Below, piece after piece: positions 1 to 8,751 of a stretch of 32,000 nt of DNA. The notes below the pieces were generated by a model that saw only the letters and a list, made by a program, of their open reading frames with translations, did no database searches and was not told the DNA's origin. The translations under genes were made by a program, and so were the position numbers. This DNA is from an archaeon. GTDB lineage: Archaea > Iainarchaeota > Iainarchaeia > Iainarchaeales > JANQMZ01. Every line of letters begins with the position of its first letter. Position 1 is the stretch's first letter. Where the stretch lies: positions 330,001-362,000 of the forward strand of contig JANQMZ010000007.1 of NCBI GenBank assembly GCA_028279805.1. Reading direction: 5' to 3'.

Positions 1-542
1 AAAAACACCTGCCTTTTGCCTTAGTGGATCTGGCAATAACCGTTGATTTGGGAATGGGATTTGAAGAAAGCATGGAAAAAGTTTCAAAAAAAAATTACGG
101 AATGGCAAGCAAAGAATTTTCAAAAATAGTTAAAAGTGTTAAAGAGAAAGGAGCTACACTTGAACAAGCTTTAAAGGAGATGAGCAGAAGAATTGATTCA
201 CTGAATGCAAGAAGAGTTGCATCACAGCTTGACCAGATTTATTTAATGAGTGACACAAAAGGAGGAGAACAGCTCAGAATTTTTGCAGCAGAATTGATGA
301 ATTCGCAGAAAAACCAGGCCAAAGCTTTTTCAGGAAAAACCGCCTTTTATGCACTATTGTTTGTGGCTTTTTCTGCTTTAGTGCCGGCATTATTTCAGGC
401 TTTCCTAGTGGCAGGCTCTCTTTTACTGGAAATAAATATTAAGCCATTGCAAGCTTTGGCTTTGATTATAGTGGGTTTTCCGGCTGCAAACATTTTAATT
501 TTAGGATTAATATGGAGCAAAACACCGGAGTTTTTGAAATGA
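1..542 (+). CDS. Type II secretion system F / TadC-like integral membrane protein, C-terminal part (5' truncated by window edge)
   Basis: The frame is open to the left edge (KHLPFALVDLAITVDLGMGFEESMEKVSKK...), so the GTG at 24 is probably not the true start. The T2SF-like helical segment is followed by two hydrophobic helices, and the order resembles the next ORF. Confidence 0.75.
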   Translation, partial: KHLPFALVDLAITVDLGMGFEESMEKVSKKNYGMASKEFSKIVKSVKEKGATLEQALKEMSRRIDSLNARRVASQLDQIYLMSDTKGGEQLRIFAAELMNSQKNQAKAFSGKTAFYALLFVAFSALVPALFQAFLVAGSLLLEINIKPLQALALIIVGFPAANILILGLIWSKTPEFLK

Positions 543-1432
543 ATTTTGATATGAATGCACTGGACCTGTTTTCAAAAAAACTTGAATCAAACAACAAAAC
601 GCTTGAAGAATTTGCTGAAAAAAATTTATGGCTGTCTGTTTTTCTTGCACTGGTTACAGCCAGTCTTATGAGTTTTACAGGATTTGGATTGTTTGAAATT
701 GTTATGACCGCATTGTTTGCAATTGTTTTTGTTTTTGCGTTAAGCATCGGACTTGAAATTCAAAAATTTGAATCAAAAAAAGCATTAAAAGAAAAACTGG
801 TTGTGGATTTTTTGCTGGACGCATCAATAATGCCAAAAGGAACATCTTTTGAAAAAATTCTGGAAAATTCTTCAAAAGAATACGGGTTGCTGGGAAAAGA
901 ATTTGCAAAAGTTTATGAAATGATAAAAAAAGGGGCAAGCGTTGAAGAATCATTAAAAGAATTTAACAACAGGAATGACAGCAAGGTTTTGGAAAGAGTT
1001 GCAGAATTGTTGCTGATGTTTTATTCCTCAGGAGCAGATATGGCTGAATCTTTTAAAAAAACAGCCGAAGACATTTTAAAAACGCAGAATATTTTAAGCC
1101 AGAAAAATGCTTCAATTGTTGTTCAAAAATACACAGTTTTATTTGCAGGAGGATTAATTGTTCCGCTGGTTTTGGGTTTGCTGTCTTCAATGTCACAGGG
1201 TTTTGATTTTAATGCTTTAAATTTTTTATTTGAAACCAAAACCATTATGGAAAGAGAACAGCTTCTTGAAACACTTTTGCTTGCAAACAAAATATACATA
1301 GCAGAATACGCAATAATTGCAGGAACATTTTTGGGATTGCAGGAAAATTCTGTGGGAAAAGGAATATTGTACGGGCTTGTGCTTATACCCGTTGGATTAA
1401 TTGTATACTTTTTAGCAGGGAGTTTGATATAA
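539..1432 (+). CDS. T2SF / TadC/FlaJ-like membrane protein
   Basis: T2SF-like pattern GTSFEKILENSSKEYGLLGKEFAKVYEMIKKGASVEESLKEF...SQKNASIVVQKYTVLFAGGLIVPLVLG with several TM helices. The ATG at 539 overlaps the upstream TGA (ATGA), which makes it a better start than 512. Confidence 0.78.
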   Translation: MNFDMNALDLFSKKLESNNKTLEEFAEKNLWLSVFLALVTASLMSFTGFGLFEIVMTALFAIVFVFALSIGLEIQKFESKKALKEKLVVDFLLDASIMPKGTSFEKILENSSKEYGLLGKEFAKVYEMIKKGASVEESLKEFNNRNDSKVLERVAELLLMFYSSGADMAESFKKTAEDILKTQNILSQKNASIVVQKYTVLFAGGLIVPLVLGLLSSMSQGFDFNALNFLFETKTIMEREQLLETLLLANKIYIAEYAIIAGTFLGLQENSVGKGILYGLVLIPVGLIVYFLAGSLI

Positions 1433-1453
1433 AAAATAATTACACAAATTCTT

Positions 1454-1508
1454 GGACACGCCGGCGGACTCCGGCGACACGTCCGCAGGTGCTGTCTAAA
1501 GACAGCAC
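1454..1508. other. GC-rich intergenic element with nested hairpins
   Basis: Perfect 9-bp inverted repeat GTGCTGTCT-AA-AGACAGCAC (1489-1497/1500-1508). It is preceded by GCCGG/CCGGC (1460-1464/1471-1475) inside GGAC/GTCC (1454-1457/1481-1484). The surroundings are AT-rich. Confidence 0.6.
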
Positions 1509-1569
1509 ATAAATTCAATTGATTTTCAAATAAATTTATTAATTGCTTTTGCGTAAGATATGTGATTTT

Positions 1570-2337
1570 ATGAAAATACAGCAGAATGGATTCGCAATTG
1601 AATTTGTTGAAAAAAAGAAAAAAAACATGCAGAATTATACTTTAATTGAGGGTTTTCCGGGAGCAGGCTTGGTTGGAACAATCAGTTCAAAGTTTCTGGT
1701 TGAAAAAATGGGTTTTGAAAAAATCGGTTTTGTTCATTCAAACGCATTTATTCCCATTATAAGAATTCATAAGGGAAAACCGATTAGGCCTATTCGCATT
1801 TATATTAATGATAAGCTGAAAATTGTTGCACTTGTTTCTGAGCAAATTATTCCCACATTGATTGTTGACAGGCTTGCAAAATCCCTGGTTTCATGGGCTG
1901 AAGAAAAAGGAATCAAAAGAGTCATTTCTTTGGCGGGAATAAAAAATGCTGAAGGCTCAAAAGAAAAAATTTACGGAATAAGCTGTTGTGCAAAAGAAAC
2001 CGATGACTTGTTAAAAAAACACAATGTTGAATTGATTGAAGAGGGAATTACCACAGGAGTTTCTGCAATGATTTTGCTGGAATTACAGGAAAACACAAAA
2101 ATTGACGGTTATTCTTTGCTTGGCAATGTCAGAATAGGGGCGGACTATGAAGCTGCTGCAAATGTTCTGGAAAAACTTGACGAAATTTTGGGACTTGAGC
2201 TTGACACAGAACCTTTAATGAAAGAAGCCAAGGAAACCGAAAAAGCTTTGTTAAAACAATTGGAACAAATAAAACAGACAAACAAAAATGTTGAACAAAT
2301 GCAGGGCAATATTCCAAGAACTCCTATGTACACTTAA
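1570..2337 (+). CDS. PAC2 family protein (proteasome assembly chaperone-like)
   Basis: Hallmarks: EGFPGAGLVGTISSKFLVEKMGFEKIGFVHSNAFIPIIRIHKG...RIYINDKLKIVALVSEQII...WAEEKGIKRVISLAGI...GITTGVSAMILLEL. The track start is 1543. The ATG at 1570 is preferred (GTGAT-like SD). Confidence 0.88.
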   Translation: MKIQQNGFAIEFVEKKKKNMQNYTLIEGFPGAGLVGTISSKFLVEKMGFEKIGFVHSNAFIPIIRIHKGKPIRPIRIYINDKLKIVALVSEQIIPTLIVDRLAKSLVSWAEEKGIKRVISLAGIKNAEGSKEKIYGISCCAKETDDLLKKHNVELIEEGITTGVSAMILLELQENTKIDGYSLLGNVRIGADYEAAANVLEKLDEILGLELDTEPLMKEAKETEKALLKQLEQIKQTNKNVEQMQGNIPRTPMYT

Positions 2338-2987
2338 GCCGTTATTTTTATCCTGCTTCCATTTTTCAGTTTAAATTTTTCACGTAAATAATCCGGAGCA
2401 ATTAATTCCCCTGTATTTGATTTATGGGAAGACCTGTTCGGAATGATTAGAGCAAGGTCATCATAATTTTGAAGCCTGACTTTAAAACATTTTAACCCTC
2501 CGAATGTTCTTTTTTTATCCTTAAAACCTTTAATTTCAATTAAAGGCAATTTTTTTGAAAATTCTTCCAGTTCAAACTGGTTTGTTTTAAAATTTAAAGT
2601 TCCGGGAAAAGGCTTGAAGCCCAGATTTTTTTCAAACTGTTTAATGTACTGGGGCAAAGACATGTAATAATTACCTTCACCCAGACCGGATGAAACTTTT
2701 CCGGTTAAATTTAAAGCATTTGCATTTGAAGATAAAACTTTTTGCAGTTGATTAACATGATTTTTAATCAGGCTTGCCGATTTTTGTGTTAACATTAATT
2801 CTGTTCCGGCAAAACTCGGATTGCGTTCAATAAAACCGGATTCCTGTAATTCCCTTAACTTCCTGCTAATGGTTTGCTGGGAACAGTTAAATTCATGTGA
2901 TAATTCAATTGTGGAAGTTTCACATTTATTGTTTAAACCGCATTTTTGGGCCAAATACAATAATAAGCCAAAATTCTTTTGCCTCAT
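2334..2987 (-). CDS. ribK: CTP-dependent riboflavin kinase (DUF120 type) with N-terminal winged-helix domain
   Basis: C-terminal domain GKVSSGLGEGNYYMSLPQYIKQFEKNLGFKPFPGTLNFK...RTFGGLKCFKVRL..DDLALIIPNRSSHKSNTGELIAPDYLREKFKLKNGSRIKI, with an N-terminal HTH (ELSHEFNCSQQTISRKLRELQESGFIER). Confidence 0.93.
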   Translation of the reverse strand: MRQKNFGLLLYLAQKCGLNNKCETSTIELSHEFNCSQQTISRKLRELQESGFIERNPSFAGTELMLTQKSASLIKNHVNQLQKVLSSNANALNLTGKVSSGLGEGNYYMSLPQYIKQFEKNLGFKPFPGTLNFKTNQFELEEFSKKLPLIEIKGFKDKKRTFGGLKCFKVRLQNYDDLALIIPNRSSHKSNTGELIAPDYLREKFKLKNGSRIKITA

Positions 2988-3028
2988 ACTAAAAAATGAG
3001 TAAATAATACTTAAAAATGTTTAGCTGT

Positions 3029-3205
3029 TCAGGCTACTTCTCTTTGCCCTTTTTGTCTTCTTTGCTTCTCATACTTAGCGTGAACTTCCCTTCCTTTGCT
3101 GGCCTGTCTTTGCAAACCTCTTTCAGGTTCAGTTCTTCTATCATTGGCGCCACCCCAAGTCAAATCTTTCCAAAGCCCCCTAAAAAAGTTTCTAACACGA
3201 CGCAT
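3029..3205 (-). CDS. Small basic protein, 58 aa, unknown (below the ORF-track size cutoff)
   Basis: Translates as MRRVRNFFRGLWKDLTWGGANDRRTEPERGLQRQASKGREVHAKYEKQRRQKGQREVA*. It starts 5 nt after the stop of the giant gene, with an AAGG upstream. Support comes from position and composition only. Confidence 0.4.
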   Translation of the reverse strand: MRRVRNFFRGLWKDLTWGGANDRRTEPERGLQRQASKGREVHAKYEKQRRQKGQREVA

Positions 3206-3210
3206 GAAAA

Positions 3211-6200
3211 TTACCTTAATTCAATTATTCTTTTTCTCACAAGCATTATTGATGAAAGCATTGCGGTAATTGTTATCAAAAGCATTACAATGTTTTCAGG
3301 CAAAGATGGCAGATTAAATGCACCTGACTGACCTCCGATTTGCCCGATGTTTAAAACATTTCCACCGGCTGTAGCTGTCACAGCCCCGTCAGGCCCAGCT
3401 GCAGTAACAGAACCGTTTCGAAATGCTTCAATTAAAGGAATTAACTGGCCGTTTTCAGCATACCATGAATTTGTTTCAGGGTCAAACCAGAAAGCCCCAT
3501 TCCTTCCCTGAGCTGAAGAAATCGTTTCAGGCGGGAAATTGTTATAGGTTATTGTAGGAACACCGTTCGGAGCAGAAAAATCAAGATTGTGTTCAGAACC
3601 GTCTTCACCTGTAATTTTTAAACCGTCAGGTGTCAGCACAGGCGGCAAAATAGGTCCGTCAAATTCTATTTCCCCGGTTTCTTTGTTTATTATTTTGAAT
3701 TTTTCAGTGCAAACCCCGTTTTCCAGATCAGAGTAAAAAACAAATCTTCTTGTAGGCGTATCAAAAATCTGGAAAGGTCCTAAATGTTCAATTGAATCAT
3801 TGAATGCATTGACTTTTGCAGCTGCCAAATCAGAACCCTGTATTGGCAATGCCTCCAGATTGAAAGCATTTTCACTGCATTGATTTTCGGGGTTAATAAC
3901 AGATTCTTCATTTAATCTTAAATCCCGAACATCTTCTGATGAAATTGTTGCTTTTGCATTCCTTTTCAACCATACAATTAACTGGTTTGAATCAGGCTTA
4001 AAAGTAATTGAACCGTTTTCAAACTGCAAAGAATTCATTAAACCTACAGGTGTTTCATCCAGGTCAAGCAAAACGGTTTCACGGTTTCCTTTAACAACAG
4101 CTTTAACCGCAGGACCTCTTACCAGTTGTCTAGGAGTTCCGTCGGCAACAATTAAATCTTCACCCGGCACAACTTTGACTGAGGGATGAGTGTCTGTAAC
4201 AATGCTTAAAGTTGTTCCGAACACCTCTGTCAAATCGTTTGAAGCAAAGCCAATTCCTGTTTGTTCTTCCACGCCAAGCTGTATGCAGTCAAGCAAATCT
4301 GAATCCAATACAAATGTTCTGGAAGATGTGTTCATTTCAAAAATAGGGTTTTCATGCCCGGGCAAAGAAGCCAAAGTGTATTTGTTGGGAATTTCTTTTG
4401 CTGCTGCCGGCAGATTATCAGAAACTAATCTTGATGCAACCTCTTCTTCTACAAGAATTTCACCAATTGAACCGTCTTCATTTAAAACATAAATTTGCCC
4501 TGTTTCAAGGTCAAAAACAATTCTTTCACCATCCGTGCCTGTTACAACTTCCTGCCCTTCCGTCCTGTATTCAGTGGGAGTTGCTTCTCCTTTAAACCAG
4601 AACATGAAAAGTTCCTGTGCTTGGGATAAGCCTTCGGCAAAACCGGTTGTTTTGACTGTGCCCTGAACAACTTTGTCTTTTTGATTTGTATTCAAAAAGT
4701 TTTCAACATCTTTTTTCAAGCCTTCCGCCTGTGAATTGGTGTAAGAATTTTCATCATCTGAAAACCATGAACTGACTTGCCCTGCAAAATCATCAAACTG
4801 TTCTGAAACAGCTTCTGTTGACAATTTTGATGAATCTTTTGCACTGCTTTTTGCAGGAGCAAACACATGAGTGTAATAGCCTCCGTGCACATCAACACAA
4901 TCATTTAATTTCGGAGCAAGCAAAGTCTGCTGTAAAGCTGTTAACAAAATTCCGGACCAGCCGAATGCAACATATCCAAGGCTTTCAGTTAAAGACAAAG
5001 CCAATCCTATTGTTGAAGGGTCTGCATTTTCAGGAAAATAACCATACGTTAATTCTTCCACAGCATCTTTGCATGTTTCCTTGTTGACAAGCCCGTCCCT
5101 TAAATTAATTTCACCCTGCCTTTCAGCATCATCTGAAATTTCACCTTTCAAATCCATATGCCTTGTAAAAGAAATCAAGGTTGAACCTTTTTCTCTTGCT
5201 TTTTCTGTTACAGTATCTTCAACTAAAAACATTTCAACCGGGCTTCCCGAATGAAATGCGGGTGAAATTGTTAACGCGTCAGGTTTTGCGACACTAATCG
5301 TACAATCCGAACAATCTTCTGAAGATGTTAAGTATAAAGCAACATTTTCAACTGTGTCCCTGCCTGTTCGGCCTGTTAAAAAATCGTAAACATTTTTTGT
5401 TGGTTCAAATTGTTCAGAAATATAATCATAAACCATGTCATAAGGCAAATGGTTTAAAATTCTGACAAACATGTCTCCCTGGTCTGAACCGGCTTGAGCA
5501 AAAAAGTCAACAAAAGCATCATTGTAAAGATTGGCATTTCCAACAGAAAAGCTTATTTTTTTCCATGAATCAGGCAATCTGAAAGCTGAAAAATCTTCAC
5601 CCAAAAATGCTCCTTTTTTAACCCACCACATTCCATAAGTGTTAAAAGTCCATTTTGCCCCGCCCCTCAAACTTGCATAATCTTTTAGTATTTCCTGCTG
5701 TTCCGCAATTGCTTTATCCAGAATGCTTGTATAACGCCTGCTCCCAAATCCTTTTTCTGCAACAGACTGAAACAATTCTTCACCGTTCCTTACACCTAAA
5801 AACCCGACATTATATCTCATTTCATCTCTTGTGTAAATATCTGCAAATTCTTCTGGGGATAACTTATGGGATGGTGTAAAATGAGCTTCAAAAATATCAA
5901 CATTTCCAATAACATCTTTTTCAATTTCATCAAGATTGTGGGGGGTGACCAAAATGTTTTCACCTTTTGCCGTTTTAATCATTAACTCTTTGTATTCAGG
6001 TAAACTTTTTCTCAAATCATCAATTGTTGCACCTTCACTTATTGCTTCTCCTTTTGCATTAGGTTCATACAAGATAAGGTTTCTGCCTTCCGAACCATAC
6101 CTTGCTTCAGGGTAAAGCCAGTCAGATGCTTCTCCTTTTGTAAAATACTGATCCAAAGGACTGTCAGATTTTAACATTGATTCCAAATCAATTACATTAT

Positions 6201-8082
6201 TTTCTGAAAGCTCCACTTTTGATTTTAATTTTTCCAAAGCATTGTTTGGAGTTAAATCGGATAATTTTACTTGTTCACCTGAATTTCTCAAATATTTTGA
6301 CAAAATGTTTCCCGATTCATCAACTTCAAGAACTGATTGAAGAGAATAAGTGCTTCCAAAATGCCCGTCCCTTAAAAATTTTTGTTCAATGTTCCACATT
6401 GCTCCAGTTGATTCCGATATTGGCAAAAAACTGTGATGAATTCCTTCCTGCCTGATGAAATAATTTTTCAAGCCATACGGTTCCCCTTTAAAAATCTGTG
6501 AAGCCGGAATATCCATTGCAAACGCATTGTCAAAACCACGCATTGCCTGAATTGCTTCCATTGAATAATTGATTCTTGCCTCTATTTCTTTAGGATGCCC
6601 TCTTGGAAAATCTTTCAAAATCTTTTTGTATTTTTGTTCAGCCAGGTTAAACATTGTTCCCTGTGTTCTTGTTATTCCCCTCAGGTCTTTTGCAAACTGG
6701 TACAATGCTTTTTTTGCTTTCGGGTCCTTTATTTTTGAAATGATTCCGTCGGGAGCATTAAATTCTTCAGTGAACCATTTTCTGAACTCTCCTCCTTTTA
6801 TTAAAACCATTCCGCCGGTGCCATGAGTCGGCTCACGCAATTTTGACAAAATTGGACTTAATTCAGGATACTTGTTTGCTAAATCCACAATTCTTCTCGC
6901 CCTGAAATCTCCCAAAGTAGGAAGCCCTTTTCCAACATCAAAACCAAGATTTTTAAAAACACTTTCAGCCTGTTCTATCGGAATATTAAGTTTTTCTGCC
7001 ATTGTTCTAGCGCTGGTACTGGCATCATTAATGTTATACAGCCTGGTGTTAAGCCTTTGAAGCAATGGCACCTGTTTTAACTGCCAAGGCCACAGCGAAC
7101 TTAATCCTTTTGAAGCTTCACCGGCTCTGCCCAGATACCCAAACAGTTTTCCAGCACCATTTAACAGCATTGGCGCTGTGCTGCTTATAACCATTTCAGC
7201 TGAAAACCATGAATTGTAATATTTGTCAAACAAGGAGTAAACTGATATGGAGCAATCGGATGTGGCACAATTTGTTTCAAAATAAGCATCAAAGTTTTTT
7301 GTTAAAACAGAATTTGAAATCAGGTTCAAAGGCTGTCTTTTAAAAGTTTGAACTGTAACCTGTTCAAGGTCTTCGTCTGCAAGCCTTTGTTCAACCTGTT
7401 CAAAATGTTCATCGTTTAAATTTGTTTGCTGCTGGAATTCTGTTGTAAGTTGTTGATATTCTTCCTCTGTTAAATCTCCCAAAGCATTTTCTCTTAAAGC
7501 GGGAACAAATTTTGACAATTCTTCTTTGATTGGTTTTGTATCAGCAATTATTCCGACTCCGGAATTTCTTAATTTTAATCTTTTTCCGGTAACCGGGCAG
7601 TTTTCTTCATCAATTTCATTGCATCTGCCCACACGCAGCGTATCAGTTAAAACAATTCCGTAAGCAAAAGGTCCGTCTATAAATTTGTCAGTTAAATGTG
7701 TTATTTCATTTACTTTTATTTTTTCATCCGGAACCGAAATGCTTACCGCTGAATCATCATCCAACGGAACAATAATGTCAGAGTTTTCAATTGAATCACG
7801 TTCTTCATTTGGTTCTGTTCCGGCGCCAATTTCTTCACCGGTAAAACCTGTTTCAAGCAAATCCAAAATGTTTTGGGCGTCCTGTTCTGATAAAGAATTT
7901 GTCTGGCATGCAAACCTTGCACTTATAACAGCCGGATTTGGATTATCATCTGCTAAAAAAATTTTTTCAGGAACCTGTTGCGGAAAACTTTGAGCATGGG
8001 TAAAAGCAAAAGCAAAGCTTGAGTTTAATAATAAAAATAAAACAAGCAAAACTGAAAATTTTTGGGCAAAATTTTTATTCAT
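3211..8082 (-). CDS. Giant secreted / surface protein of unknown function (~1,623 aa) with C-terminal TM anchor
   Basis: The ATG at 8082 begins a typical signal peptide, MNKNFAQKFSVLLVLFLLLNSSFAFAFTHAQS. The C-terminus is SLPENIVMLLITITAMLSSIMLVRKRIIELR. The track start (8283) adds 67 residues overlapping the neighbouring gene and is unlikely. Confidence 0.85.
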   Translation of the reverse strand: MNKNFAQKFSVLLVLFLLLNSSFAFAFTHAQSFPQQVPEKIFLADDNPNPAVISARFACQTNSLSEQDAQNILDLLETGFTGEEIGAGTEPNEERDSIENSDIIVPLDDDSAVSISVPDEKIKVNEITHLTDKFIDGPFAYGIVLTDTLRVGRCNEIDEENCPVTGKRLKLRNSGVGIIADTKPIKEELSKFVPALRENALGDLTEEEYQQLTTEFQQQTNLNDEHFEQVEQRLADEDLEQVTVQTFKRQPLNLISNSVLTKNFDAYFETNCATSDCSISVYSLFDKYYNSWFSAEMVISSTAPMLLNGAGKLFGYLGRAGEASKGLSSLWPWQLKQVPLLQRLNTRLYNINDASTSARTMAEKLNIPIEQAESVFKNLGFDVGKGLPTLGDFRARRIVDLANKYPELSPILSKLREPTHGTGGMVLIKGGEFRKWFTEEFNAPDGIISKIKDPKAKKALYQFAKDLRGITRTQGTMFNLAEQKYKKILKDFPRGHPKEIEARINYSMEAIQAMRGFDNAFAMDIPASQIFKGEPYGLKNYFIRQEGIHHSFLPISESTGAMWNIEQKFLRDGHFGSTYSLQSVLEVDESGNILSKYLRNSGEQVKLSDLTPNNALEKLKSKVELSENNVIDLESMLKSDSPLDQYFTKGEASDWLYPEARYGSEGRNLILYEPNAKGEAISEGATIDDLRKSLPEYKELMIKTAKGENILVTPHNLDEIEKDVIGNVDIFEAHFTPSHKLSPEEFADIYTRDEMRYNVGFLGVRNGEELFQSVAEKGFGSRRYTSILDKAIAEQQEILKDYASLRGGAKWTFNTYGMWWVKKGAFLGEDFSAFRLPDSWKKISFSVGNANLYNDAFVDFFAQAGSDQGDMFVRILNHLPYDMVYDYISEQFEPTKNVYDFLTGRTGRDTVENVALYLTSSEDCSDCTISVAKPDALTISPAFHSGSPVEMFLVEDTVTEKAREKGSTLISFTRHMDLKGEISDDAERQGEINLRDGLVNKETCKDAVEELTYGYFPENADPSTIGLALSLTESLGYVAFGWSGILLTALQQTLLAPKLNDCVDVHGGYYTHVFAPAKSSAKDSSKLSTEAVSEQFDDFAGQVSSWFSDDENSYTNSQAEGLKKDVENFLNTNQKDKVVQGTVKTTGFAEGLSQAQELFMFWFKGEATPTEYRTEGQEVVTGTDGERIVFDLETGQIYVLNEDGSIGEILVEEEVASRLVSDNLPAAAKEIPNKYTLASLPGHENPIFEMNTSSRTFVLDSDLLDCIQLGVEEQTGIGFASNDLTEVFGTTLSIVTDTHPSVKVVPGEDLIVADGTPRQLVRGPAVKAVVKGNRETVLLDLDETPVGLMNSLQFENGSITFKPDSNQLIVWLKRNAKATISSEDVRDLRLNEESVINPENQCSENAFNLEALPIQGSDLAAAKVNAFNDSIEHLGPFQIFDTPTRRFVFYSDLENGVCTEKFKIINKETGEIEFDGPILPPVLTPDGLKITGEDGSEHNLDFSAPNGVPTITYNNFPPETISSAQGRNGAFWFDPETNSWYAENGQLIPLIEAFRNGSVTAAGPDGAVTATAGGNVLNIGQIGGQSGAFNLPSLPENIVMLLITITAMLSSIMLVRKRIIELR

Positions 8083-8153
8083 AAAAAAACCTTTTATTTT
8101 TGCTTTTTCTCCTATTCTAATAATATTCTCCTTTGTTTTTATTGTTAATGGGA

Positions 8154-8702
8154 TTAAGTGAATCCAAAAAATGTTAAAAAAAACAGGCCTTGTAACAGCC
8201 ACGGCGTTACAAATAACAAAATTATTGATACAAGTGTTGAAACAGCTAAAATTGCCAGAAAAAGCTGGACAAAATGAGGCCATTTGAATTTGTCTTTAAA
8301 AAAAGCCAAAAACAATGAACCCAGCAAAACAAAAGGCATTGTTAAAACCGTGTACATTGCTGAAATTAACAAAAGCCTTATTATTGAAAAAATGTAAAAT
8401 TCAGCTGTTAAACCTGTTTCCTGTGCAATTTCCTGCGGGTAAACCTGTAAAGGCGTTTCATTTAAAGCTGTTTGAAATGGTCCAAAAAACAATAAAATTA
8501 ATAAAACAAAAATTACAAAATAAACAAGCAAAGCAGAACTTTTAAGCCATGAAAGCTTGTATTTTTTCTGCAAATGCCTGAAAGGAATTGTTAAAAAAAG
8601 CACTAGAATAAAAACTGGAATTGTTAAAATGGCTGAACCTTTTAACAATGAAAAAACTGAAAACAAAGCATCAACAAAAGGGTTTAAAGCCATAAAAACC
8701 AT
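8154..8702 (-). CDS. Multi-pass membrane protein, unknown
   Basis: Several hydrophobic helices (SAILTIPVFILVLFLTIPF, ALLVYFVIFVLLILLFFG, IIRLLLISAMYTVLTMPFVLLGSLFLAFF, LAILAVSTLVSIILLFV). Possible starts are 8744, 8702 and 8693. Confidence 0.65.
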   Translation of the reverse strand: MVFMALNPFVDALFSVFSLLKGSAILTIPVFILVLFLTIPFRHLQKKYKLSWLKSSALLVYFVIFVLLILLFFGPFQTALNETPLQVYPQEIAQETGLTAEFYIFSIIRLLLISAMYTVLTMPFVLLGSLFLAFFKDKFKWPHFVQLFLAILAVSTLVSIILLFVTPWLLQGLFFLTFFGFT

Positions 8703-8720
8703 CAAAAGTATGAAAAAAGA

Positions 8721-8730
8721 ACTATAAAAG
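8721..8730 (+). promoter_or_regulatory. Candidate TATA box (CTATAAAAGG) for 8752..9201, possibly also used divergently
   Basis: TATAAAAG with an A/G-rich BRE-like upstream stretch. Its centre lies ~26 nt upstream of the second in-frame ATG (8752), the archaeal TATA-to-TSS distance. Confidence 0.45.
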
Positions 8731-8751
8731 GTTAAGGTTAACATGAATTCA

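Noticed and set aside
1454-1508. tRNA gene or mobile-element terminus in the GC-rich island
   Set aside because: There is no acceptor, anticodon or T-arm pattern and no flanking transposase or target duplication. Only hairpins are supported.
2334-2337. Overlapping convergent stop codons (TTAA) of the PAC2 and ribK genes as a regulatory feature
   Set aside because: It is real in the sequence, but a common consequence of compact archaeal gene packing. No further structure supports a special role.
3017-3331. Plus-strand 104-aa ORF MFSCSGYFSLPFLSSLLLI...
   Set aside because: It is antisense to the end of the giant gene and to the 58-aa basic ORF. Its Ser/Leu/Phe-rich text is typical of a shadow of a charged minus-strand frame.
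8083-8283. N-terminal extension of the 1,690-aa ORF (MASFCPAFSGNFSCF...)
   Set aside because: It overlaps the 3' end of the 8154..8702 gene. The internal ATG at 8082 starts a textbook signal peptide.
8154-8744. Possible prepilin/class III signal peptidase for the pilus locus
   Set aside because: It is a multi-TM protein, but no GxGD-type aspartyl peptidase motif is visible in the translation.
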